Both the position numbers and the translations under genes were made by a program. Shown here piece by piece: positions 40,301 through 52,300 of a DNA stretch of 64,000 nucleotides. Below the pieces are notes generated by a model that was not told the DNA's origin, searched no databases, and saw nothing but the letters and a program-made list of their open reading frames with translations. Position 1 is the stretch's first letter; the number at the start of each line of letters is the position of its first letter. The DNA is from Balanoglossus misakiensis (lineage: Eukaryota; Animalia; Hemichordata): contig CM082584.2 of NCBI GenBank assembly GCA_040954595.2, positions 9,505,061 through 9,569,060 of the forward strand. Reading direction: 5' to 3'.

Positions 40301-43300
40301 TAAACAAGTGCCCCTCTTGTCATCTACAAGTCAAATGGCTTCCCCTTGCGTCACTTGCTTTTGTTTTTATGGCATGTCAGGTTTTTTTTTCTTCTCTTTT
40401 TCGGAAGACTTAGCGCACTTGTCTGCTCGCTGACATTTACATCTGAATCTGGGATGGAGCCTTGTGCCAGACTGCAGCCATTGGGCTCCGGTCCGCGCTT
40501 CGTTAATCAAATAGAAAACTTACTGAAAACTTTGCACATTGGCATGGAAATGTGGGGGTTCTTTGTGGCCCGACTGCCTGATTAGGGATGGTATGTAGCA
40601 GTGGAAAGCGGGGCCCCAACTGGCTCTATTTGAATAAATGCCATTGACAAAAAAAGTGTATAGTGACACTGTCCAGCCGTGGGTAATTGTTTGACTGAAT
40701 TTTTTAGGCTGAAAAGGAACCTCTGTGAGACTGACCCTCCTTCCTGTAAACAACTACGTTGACATCAGCAAACTAGGTATTTCAAGTGACCTAATTGCCG
40801 TCTTAATTACAGACCAATTCAGAGAGAATGGCGCCTGTCAAGCGTCGGCATCAAAATGAGTGAAAGATACACTTGTCTAGTCGCACACGTGTGTGAATAT
40901 CACTGCAGTGTGATTCTAACGTAAATTGTTTTGCTTTTTTTTGTCGTTTTTCTGCAGTGGCGAGGCATTTCAGAGTATTTTACAGCTGAAAGGGGCGAGT
41001 GAGATGTATGAGTCATGGAGAGCAACCTACAAAGTGAACAACATAGACTGGACAGAGGAAAAAGCGACAGCAATTCTGGAAGAGTGGCAGAGACAATTTA
41101 CAGAGGTAGGTCAGCTGACCGTTCCCCCCCCCCCCCCTACTAGTAGTCGTGACAATGGTCTCTCCCCAAAGTCTTGCTTTGAATGGGATAAACCATTGTG
41201 AAGATTTAGATATACATGTAGCAACAACAAACAATGCGGTAGGCACTTCATTCAGCTGGAAAGACAATGACTTGATAGTTATCTCTGCTGATTGAAGCAT
41301 CCTCAGAAATTCTGTTCAGAAGGAACCATGCCTCATCATCATGCAACAAGAATGTGAATATCAACCGATTGTTATGATCTCTATAATGATGATTGCCAGG
41401 CTGTAGTACTGGACAGAGATATAAATAATAATAAAAGGGTGACTAAAATGAACTCAGGATTTAGCATGGGATGAGAGTTTGGAAGGCCTAAAGTAAATAG
41501 AAGGAAGTGTAAATTTCTTGAACAATCAAGTTGAACTTCAGGCAAAACAAAAAGCTATTGTTCTAGCAGTAATCAATGCAGGAGACAGGACAGTTATAAG
41601 CATGAGTTGATTTCACTCTGGATAAAACCCCCTTGATGTCCTATGTTTTTTCCAGGTTCTTCTTTCAACCAATAATTCATCGGCGAAGCATGATATTCAT
41701 GGATTTACCGAAACATCGTTCAACGATCTCCTGGATCAGTTCTCGCAGACCAGCGTCACCAGAGTTGCCGCGGGTTACGTGATGATGGTAAGTGTGTAGT
41801 GCGTGCTCACCTGAGATGTGCTGTAGTCCTGTCTGAAATTACTGCAGAATTCTTATGGCATTAAATTTTTCGTTGAAAGTTGCTTGCTACAGGTGATGGT
41901 CATCATCAGCAATGTAACCATGACAACTTGACCCATCTTTCATGGAACAGGTTTACTTCTTGTGTATGTAATGTTCGTATATGTGTTTCCTCGTTCTCAG
42001 TTGATCTACGCCTGCATTACAATGATGAAGTTTTGTGATGGCGTCCAGTCACAAGGCGGAGTTGGTTTGGGCGGGGTGTTGCTGGTGGCAACCTCTGTGG
42101 TGGCTGGTCTGTCAGTATGTGCCATGCTGGGAATCGAGTTCAATGCATCAACTACACAGGTAAGACAGCTTTAGAGAGGTGAAACAGAATTCTTTCATAA
42201 TTTTTTGGCTAGCTTATTCCCGATCTCAGCAGAAACCGGGAGAGGTGCGCAGGTCCTTTCTCTCTGTACCTGGATTTTATTTTCTGGTGTGCTTGTTATT
42301 AATCGATGAATTGGTTCAGAGCTTAATTTTCATTTTGATTTCTTCACTTCAAGGTGCTGCCATTTCTAGCGCTTGGAATTGGCGTTGATGATATGTTTCT
42401 GCTGGCCCATTCATCTACTTCGCTTCCTTCAAACATACCAATCGCGGTGAGTAGGCAACACATTTCTTTCTTAAAATGATAACAATGTTGCACAAAGCTG
42501 CACTATCAAAGTCATGGGTGATATTTTTTGGTGTATTTCGTGCTTGAATGCTTGACAGTGCACATAGAGTCAAACTGTGTCTAGCCTTTCCCTGTGATGT
42601 ATGCTGGGAAGGTGGAAAAAGTCTTACTTTGATCCTTTGGCTTCTTTGCGTAATACCAGTCAGTAAAAGGAAAAAGTCTGTCCATGTGATGATCTGCAGG
42701 TGAAGATAATGATGTCTGGGTGTCTGGAAATTGTTTTCATTGAAAACATCACAGCAGAGAACTCAAGGTTTTTAACTTAAAGGCTTGTGCTTCCAAACTG
42801 AAATTTTAACAGGGAGAAAAAGATTACTAATTATAAAAGGCATTCTGAGACCCCCCTTTGTAAGTCAAGTTCAAGTTGACCACTGCAAAGCAGAGTCATT
42901 GACAAGTGGCCTCCTTTGGAATATTGGCCACTAGCAATATACCGTGATTTGGTCATGAGTGTTCACTCAACCACAAAAAAAGAGGCCTTCGCTTTCTCGG
43001 CCAGTTCAGCTCAGGTTTCTCTTAATGGTTGTCTAATGTACACCTCTGAGAGGAGCAAATCCTCTGGGAAGTAACTGAAGCAAGCAAGGCCTTGAAAAGG
43101 CAGCCTGGTATGGCAACATGAGAAGCCTGTTGCCTCTGAAGTGCTCAGTTTCCTCGTTTTGCGAAGAAAAGTCAACAACTTCCATAGTTTGGTGTCTTCA
43201 TTTTTTTTAAGAGAAAAAAAAGATGAATTGCTTGAAATGTGAACATTATTTCTTTCGCCGGGATAGAAAAGTGTCTTTGAGGCTAGAGGTCACGTCGTCA

Positions 43301-46300
43301 ACTTTTTTTTAACGCTACAGTCCTGTCACCACTTAGCCTGTAACCATAAAAGTCTGAGAGAAGTCTGTCCGAAACCCTGCCGCCTGATTTTCTGCCATTT
43401 GTGGCTCTCCCGCGAATGACTACTAGAGGGGATGACTTCTAAGAAAATAGTTGGCTCTTGACTTTTCTTCCGCTGTTTTTTTTTTCAAAGCAATTTTCTT
43501 TGCGCGCTGACTGATTCACTTGTTACATAACACGAGTGAGGAATGTACACCAGGGGAGGAATGTGAAGTCACCCTCCTCCCCCCGAAACACGCACGTATA
43601 CACACGCGAAACCTGTGATTCAAGTGTGGCCAGACTTGTTGAGAGGTCGTTTTTGGTCACCCACTGCGAATGTTTCCTCTTGGGATCAAGTTCACTGGTA
43701 AACCGCAAAACTCTCGACTTTGGTGAGCTACCAGTGTAAGCAGCTTAGCAGATTGGATTTTTCGGTGACAATGGACGCTGTTTCCCATTTGCCTAGTGGG
43801 GCATTGGTTTTCTAATTGCTTAAAGGCAAGAGGGGGACCTTCTTCATGCATATTCTCTGTTTCTCATTAAAAATCCTCAAACCGGTATCTCTTTCTTGTC
43901 AGTGGGGGGGGGGGGGGGGGGGGAGCGTTGTCTGAAGGAGGCAGGGGAGAATTGACGAAGTAGGATCTTCGAAATATGTCAGACAAAGTTAGACAATCAT
44001 GAAGAGTATTTACACTGTTTGCTTTGCGAGTTTTCCCAACAAAACACAACCTTTTACTGGGAGAGTTAGACGCAAGAATGTTGGAGAGCAGAGCGCCTGG
44101 AAAAAAAAGCAAACAAACAAACAAGGAAGATGACTTTGTTGATTCCCGCTCTATCATATTATCTGCCTGAGCAGATATGTAGTCTAGATATGATTGTTGA
44201 CATGCTGTTTCTGTGTTAGTGGTTTAGTGGTGCACAGATATCTAGAGGCTGGGAGAAGGTTTCCATGTGATTACTCAGATGCAGGAATGCATGGTATAGC
44301 TGTAACCCCCTAGGGCATATGCCATGACATCATAGGGCACACCTAGCCAAGTTGAAAAAAAACCCAGTGGTGCTGGAACATTTGCGTGAACTTGATCTTC
44401 AAATTTTAACCAACCCCACTCCATTTTACCAAGAAGGAAATAATTCTAGTGGATGTTTCCCATCCAAACATAAAATTCTAACGGTCTGTTTCCCATACAA
44501 ACATTACGACGCCTGACAGTTCAAACAGATAGGATGTCGCCAATTACACTGTGAACTCGGGGCAGCGCTGTAACAAGTTATCAAATTATAGGCCAAAATT
44601 AACCTGTGGGTAATATTTACAACGATAGTGAGTTTATTTGTGTAGAAATGTATGTAAGTTTAGGTTTGTCATCCGGAAGCGACGATTGCCAGTATTTGAT
44701 AAACAGTGTTGCGGAGATGCCAGACTGGTTGGTCAGTTTCGCGAGGCTGAATGTGAAGTTTTCGTGTATATGCCTGACAAGTTCAATGCAGCGATTGGCG
44801 CCAAAGTTTATCCAAAGTAGCCGTGTTTACACAGGGATGTTGTCTTGCACTCTTGAAAATCAAACACGCATTTTGTTTTGAACTGATCCGGTTTTCCCCG
44901 GCAATGCGCCGGAGTTCGCCTCTTTGGTGGTGTATACGTAAGCAGTCACTCCACATGGTTGATTGCGATGGTTATCCAGTGACCCCTGACCTCTTGGAAA
45001 CCAATCTTTTTGACTCGAGCTTTTCCAGCCTTGTGTGGCTATCTCGAGCTGCACATGTTACAGCTACCAACTTTTCGTCGAAGCAAAAAGTGCAAAATAA
45101 AGCAGTGCGAGATTGAATTGTGCTTTAAAACTGCACACTGTAGCGACTGAAAATCAGCCAAGCTACAATGCCTGGCACCTTTACACAGTGTGGTTTTCAT
45201 ACATGGTTATGATCGTAGTGTAGTGTTAAACCCATTGTATAATACTCGGTTGATGTCGGAGTGATGATCGAACAGAGATGAATGATTATGATATGTAGGA
45301 TCAGGGTCTGTTGATGACTTCTAATGACGTTGTTACTTCCGGCCAGCGAGTTGAACTTTCTCCTGACTTTTGGGTGTCACACCCAACCCATCCAGTCTTT
45401 TGTAAATAACTGTGCGCATGCACACAGAAACATTGTTATTGTATCAAATCAGGGTGGATAGCTTTGGAATATTAAAGGATGTTGGGTGTACACAGACACA
45501 GCAGGGGTGCCCCCCAGATGAAATGGTGGTTTTTAAGGATCTAGTAATACCCTACAGAGAAGGGGTAGTGTTGCTTTTTTTGTGTAGGTCGATGAGAAAA
45601 GCTGAACAGAGCTGAGGGAGATTGGCCCACAGAATACAACGGGTTGCATTTTGTTTTGTTTCCCATGTTATTGTGAGGTGCTTGTGAAGTCCGCCACACA
45701 CTTTGTTCCACCAGCAACGCAACCACTCATAAATGTTGTGTGTTTTACATTGTTCGCTGCAACAATGCCGAAAAAGCCCTTTTAATAGTTAGAGAATGCA
45801 GTACTGCCCTAAAACCCACAATTAAGACGGTGATTTTTTCCCTCCTTCCTTTAGCTTTTGAATTCTCCAAACAGGGCCCTAAGTACTTTGATTGTTTCTG
45901 CTGAGTCTACCTCCCGCACAAGGTGGCTTTCAATATGAAAGATGGGAAAGACGTTTCCAGGCTCAAAAAAAGAAGAGAGAAACTTTAAGGCTTTTGTTGA
46001 AACACGATTACACCTTACTGGATTGACTGCACGGTGTACCAAACGGTCAATTCTTAACTGTGTGCTTGAATAGTCCACCTCTGTGATTTGTTTTCTTAGA
46101 GGTTGACTTTTATTTTTTGCCAATTAAAAACTAAATAGATAGGGAACGAGAATTTCATAGTCTGTGTCGCAAGCCTGGCAGAAGAATTTCGTGTTTCTTG
46201 ATATATCCCCTGAAGAAGAAACACTTCTGAATTGTTTCCTGGAGCTGGTTTTTGATTCTCCTCAAAGAGGTTCAGTTTTTCGATACTTTTCCCTCCTTCT

Positions 46301-49300
46301 TTCAAAGATGTGTCCTTCGAACAACTTTGGTGTGGTGTTGTTTTTTAACTCTCCCTCTCTTTGTTGATCATTCTCTTGGATTTCTGTGCTTGGTAGCTGT
46401 AAACAGCAGCGGGGGAAATTTGGTACAGAAGTTGAATAGGATCAGTTGGAGACCAGGGCTGCCCACAGTTTGAAAGTTGTCCCTGCCAGCATGCCGACAA
46501 TTTGTCTCTAATTAGGGGAACATTGGAACTCCCATGCTTGTAGAAAATCTGCGTGGCCAGCCAGAGCCCTGATGGACATGAAAGGCGGTTGATTTTGGCT
46601 GGTGGGGACCACACTCTGTCAACACAATATATGCCCCCCTCAGTGGAGCTAGCTGTTTAGCATCCAATTAACAACAATTAGGCAGCCCAGTCCTTCTGTC
46701 TTTAGAAGGACTGACGACGACAACAACAACTACCGAAAAAAATAGATGGCTCCAGTCTGTTCACATCCCTTCCAGTCCCATGCAAGTGAAAACAAGTTGT
46801 CCGAAAATTGCTTTTCTGAGTTTTGGGTGTTCGCTGTTTTTAACCACGCAACGTAAATAAGCCAGCCTCATTTAGTAATTAATTCAGACTCAGAACGACT
46901 ATCCATTGTTGGTTTTGTAATCAGTGCGTAAGTGTGTGTGTGTTTCGATCTTGAATTTTCAATACTGGCAAGTGTCGTGGCAGAGGAGTTGTTTACAAGT
47001 CTGGGGAAGGTGAGATATTCTAGGCTTGAGATGGTATGTATTAATTAAAGCAAGCCAGGGGATAAGTGATCACTTCTGGCAGTCCCCGGTCGCTGGGGCT
47101 CCTAATTAACGCATCAGGGCCATCTCGTGTTCTTGCCGAGCCTTTTGTTCGCCCAGGTATCTCGGCCAGCCATCAAGGGGGAAATTTACATTGGGATGTT
47201 TTCCTGTCCATTAGGTTGATCTTCATTAAAGAAGGAAGTATTTGCCGGCCGCTGTTATTCTTTGCCCAGGAATGAGAGAATTGACAATGCCGTGTTGTGT
47301 ATATACGTGGCCAGTCTGTGAATGCGTGGTTGTGCGTGTCCGTGCATATGCCTGTGCGTGTGTCTCTGCACGTGCTCATGTGTGCACGGTCTGCTCTTTG
47401 AGCAAACTTGCCTACAGGGGACCACCATATATGGTTGTTGATATCTCCCATAGTCATATCGGCCAAACAATGTAAACACTGATTATTTGTTCAATTCGTA
47501 GCCACTGACCACCCATGAACAAAGCTGGGTGACTCCATGTCACATGTGACAACTTCATCCAGTCGTGCCAGACCCCCCCCCCCCCCCCCATCGCCCGAAA
47601 AAATGCACTGTGCCGTGCCTATTTATATGTTAATAAAGGCAACGCACAGTCTGGGATTGGGTACTTGAAGAATGTATGCAAATGAGGCCCAACTATGGTT
47701 CAGTGTCAAGTTGATCAGGCTTTTCGAATATATCTGTGGCCCAGTAATCAAAAATATTAAATGTGGACGTAACCTTAAGTTTTTTAGAATGCATATTATT
47801 ACAGTGCGCCAATATCCGAAAGAACGTACACTTATAACTCTGGAATTTCGTAAAGTACCAATCTGAAATGTTTAGTTGTGCGTGTGTGTATATATACATA
47901 TATGTTCAGATATATACATGCATGTAGTATGCAGTGGACCACACACAAAGAGTAACGGCCTTGCTGTGCGAGAAACCTCCCATAGACTTGAAATCTACTC
48001 CCACGACACCAGGATATGTTTCTAAAACAAAAAATAAAATAAATACTTATAGTCTCGTGAAAATTGCTCATAAAATATAACTGGAAATTTTGCTGATCAT
48101 TTGAGATGAATACTTTCAGCGGATGGGCGATCTGAGAAACTGGTTTTGAATAATGATGGTGTGTACTGACCTTAATCAGCCTTGGAATGTTACTTATGTT
48201 CAGTGTGACAGACACAGTGACACTTTTATTTATATTTTGTTGACTCAATGACTGTAGTATATACTGATCACATGTGCTAAGCAGGGCTGGGTGTTTATTT
48301 TTTCTGGCATTCCGGCGCTGCTTTTAACTCTGGTGCTCTGGACGACACTTTTGTGTAAACTGTTGGGGCTCCCCGATTGGCAGGGTTTCCTCTGTTGCGC
48401 CAGGGAGCCTCTCTCTGCTGTCCACAAGGAGGAAGGGTAACTCGATCGCTGGGTGGGGATGCTTCATCAGTCTGTCAGTGTTCTATTAGCGTCGCAGCTA
48501 ATATACACTGGCAGATTCATATTTAGCTGTTTGCGCCGACAACAAATATTGCCCGGGAGTATCATAGAAGGGATGGGGGAAGGGACTTGTGTGGTTACTC
48601 TTTCTCCAAGGTGGTCAAAAATTCGATTATGTGATGTTTTGGTGTTTGGTTTTAATTTATGTGATATTTATGCTTTTACGGAAGTTGCCAAACCGTCCCA
48701 CCATGATGGATCTCGGGTTTATTATTTCTGCGAACAAAATTGATGTCGCTGGATGTCAAACGTTGGTACTTTGCTCCAAATGTGTGTAGGGCGGTATTTT
48801 GTGTTCGGGTATCGGATATTTCTGTACTTCTACAGTTGGTGAAATTGCCTCTAGTGTCTTGTCCTGTGTAATGGAGGCTCAGTTTATGGTGCATGCGGGA
48901 CTGCTCAAAAAAAAGCAAAACAAAGTCTGACATGGTGTGCCGTTACAAGAAAGGCCATCGGTCACATTTCTCCGTGAAAAGGTTAATGAAGTAACACCAT
49001 GCACTATACGAGAACATGTTTGACAAAGCGTGAAGACGTCATGATGCTATGACGGCCCGAGACGGGCAGTGGACACATATCCCACCACATTCTCATCCCC
49101 GCCAACAACCATTTCACTTTACCTAAAAACACAAAATAATTTCATTAAGGAAACATTGGGCCTTGAGAAAATAAAATAAATACTGTTGTGTGAATGAAGA
49201 CATGAATAAATTTATTATCTCTTAGCCAGATACTGAATGTTTGTGTTTCTGTTCTTTTTTGACTTTTTCAGCATCAAACGGGTGAAATCCTGAAACGGAG

Positions 49301-52300
49301 TGGTGTCAGTGTTCTGCTCACATCTCTCAATAACATGAGTGCATTCTTTATTGCTGCCATTGTGCCAATTCCAGCATTACGTGCTCTCTCATTACAGGTA
49401 AGAATTCTGCTTTAATTGCCAGAGGGCGAGTGAGTGAGTGTGTGGTGAGTGTTGGGTGTGGTGAGTGTTGGGTGTGTACGCGTGTGTGTAGGAATGTATG
49501 TAGCATTTCATAAACTTTTCAAATCATATTCTTGATTCTCTGTGAGATGATCTCTTTAATACATTACAAAACAGTACTTTTAAATGGTAACTTCTGATTT
49601 TAATACTATACAGTACTGATTTGCGTTTACAGTATCCTGGTTATTTTTCCTGATGAGACAGAAGAACATATTATTAAGTCATTTGATGTGGAATATTCCG
49701 AGGAAATGGCACCACTGAGATGCATATGAGCAGTGCAAAACCATATTTCACTTGTAGCTGTGTTTGAAAAATATGTTTATTCAGTGTACTGGTTTGGAGG
49801 CACAGATCTCTCCATTTGGCTCTCATCTAAACAAACTGCTGGGTGTCTCCCTGTGCTTGTCGGAGCCCCAGCAACTGGGTCAAAGTTCACCCCCCAAACT
49901 CCAAAGATACCAACCATCTTGAGTGACCGGCCATGCATAAAATAGAGTAAACCAACATCTTGCACTTTGAAAAGCAGTGCCCGGGGAAGTTTCGTTATAT
50001 TTCACTGAATGCGAATGGCGGCGAACTGATTGATTGGTTGAGGGGGAGGAGGTGGTACCTAGGGGGAGGGGGTGACCAGTTATGGGTGCTGTCTCCATAT
50101 AATGGTTTCTTTCACAGTTACCAGTCAGATATGACGTTGCATTCTAATACTGTAAAAACGGGAATTTTTCGCTAATGATTAATTATCTCTCTCTTTCTCA
50201 ACAGTTTGCAATTGTAGTGATTTTCAACTTTATAGCAGTCATATTCGTATTCCCAGCCATATTGGCTCTAGATATAGAAAGAAGAAATGCAAAAAGAATA
50301 GATTTATTTTGTTGTTTTACAAGGTAAGTAACGTTTAATAAAGTTAAGTGAATATTCATTTGCCTGTTAAGCTGGGGGGGGGGGGGAGATATTTAAATGA
50401 AAAAAGAAATGCATCTGATTGTAGCCATATTTCTTATTTACTTTCTCTCATTTCTAAATTCTAATTTCTAATTGCCATCATCAAAACCTTCATACAACTG
50501 AGCTGTAACTGCTTTTTCTTGTTCCTCTTTCATGCAGTTCTAGTGCAAATCGAGTTATAAGCGTAGAACCAAGAGATTTGAGCGACAGTCCGCAGCTTGG
50601 ACGGTTTAGCCAGTTCCGACAGGACCCACGGACTCACGTCACGTTACAGTCGCGTGTGCAGGCGGTGACGCAGATGCCCGCCCGGACCGGAGACCATTGT
50701 GTGACTGTGGTGGACTCTTCATTGCCATTTACGACGGTGGGGAGGGCAGAGACCCCTCCCACGCCGATATCGCGGACTATGACACCCGTATCGACGGTGT
50801 CTTCGGCGTCTTCGACGCGGCCGCTCACGGGACTCAGTGCCGACGAGGACGGGCCTAGTTTACGAGAGAAGTGTGCAAATGCGAAACTGTGGAATTGGAC
50901 GCTCTCGAGTTTTGCCAAAAATTACTACGGACCATTTCTCCAGAAGTTGCCAGTCAAGGTGTGTGATTATCTTTTTTTCTTCACTTTTGCAATTCTCCTA
51001 GGGAGCATTGGAAAGGGGGGGGGGGGGTTGAGGTAAAAGTTATCAGGGTATACATTTACCGGTATATACTCTAGAGCAGCATGGGTAATTTCATTTGTGC
51101 TGACTGCTTGAGTGTTTAATATTTTTCAATTGTATAATCCTATTGCACCATTTTCTCATACCTTGCGACATTTGCATGAAAATTAATCAGCAATTTTATT
51201 GTCCGCTTATTTACACACAGATTGCCGTTTTAGTGTTGTCTGCTGGACTGCTGGGAGCAAGTGCATATGGCATCGTCACGATGAGGGACGGACTTGACAT
51301 AACGGACATTGTCCCTCGCGGAACCAAGGAATACGATTTCCTCGCCGCCCAAATGAAGTATTTCAGTTTTTATAACATGTTCGCCGTAACTCAGGAGGAC
51401 TTTGACTACCCAAACGGGCAGAAATTGCTGCATGAATACCACGACGCGTTTAGGGAGATCAAGGAAGTCATTCCCACTCCGGAGGGGGAACTGCCATCGT
51501 TCTGGCTACAACTTTTCAGGGACTGGCTTCTTGGTAAGTTTTCTTAGTAAAAAGAAATATCGTCCCCTTTGTAGTTTTCATTTTACATCTCGAATCTGTG
51601 TTTATATATACATACCAATTCGTCCAAGTCTGACCAGGTGTTTTTCTGATTAACATGCAGATTTGCAAGAGGCCTATGATAGAGAGTGGGCAGCAGGTGC
51701 AATTACACAGGATCGTTGGTTTAGCAATGCCACAGATATGGGTGTGCTGGCTTACAAGCTGATCGTCCAGACAGGGGATATAGACAATCCCGTCGATAAA
51801 ACTCAGGTGAGAGGCAAAGCAGAACACTATCACCCCATTTCCCTCTTGAAGAGGTCCAACTCTGTATAGAAAGCAGTGATTGACATGGACCGAACCATTG
51901 TGGTAAAAGGGGTAAAATGCATGGCTTTTTTTGCAAAGCTTTCTTACTTTGCGCTCAACCTATTGGATGTCAACGGTGACCCTGTTTTCAGACTGCAATT
52001 CTTTTCTAAAACAATTCTGGAAAAAATGGAATTTACGTAATTCCGTCTGAAAATGTCAGCATTCCTGGAGTCATAAAAAATAATCCATTTTCCTTTCATC
52101 GTTACACAGGTACATAGTGTTAGGTTGGTCAATGATGATGGTGTAATCTATCCAAGAGGCTTCTATAATTATCTGACAGTCTGGTGGTCGTACGACACCA
52201 TTTCTGCAGCATCTTCGCAGGCTGCACTCCACCCGGAACCACACAACTACGTTCCGGGCGGTGTCACGGACTTAGAACTTAGAAGTGAGTCTTCATTTCA

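Noticed and set aside
43904-43923. Long G/C homopolymers throughout the window as possible G-quadruplex signals
   Set aside because: Scattered on both strands with no positional pattern; look like a genome-wide feature
44215-44290. tRNA/SINE A-box-like tggtttagtgg (and a B-box-like stretch near 15625)
   Set aside because: No matching second box or cloverleaf; cannot support a tRNA or SINE
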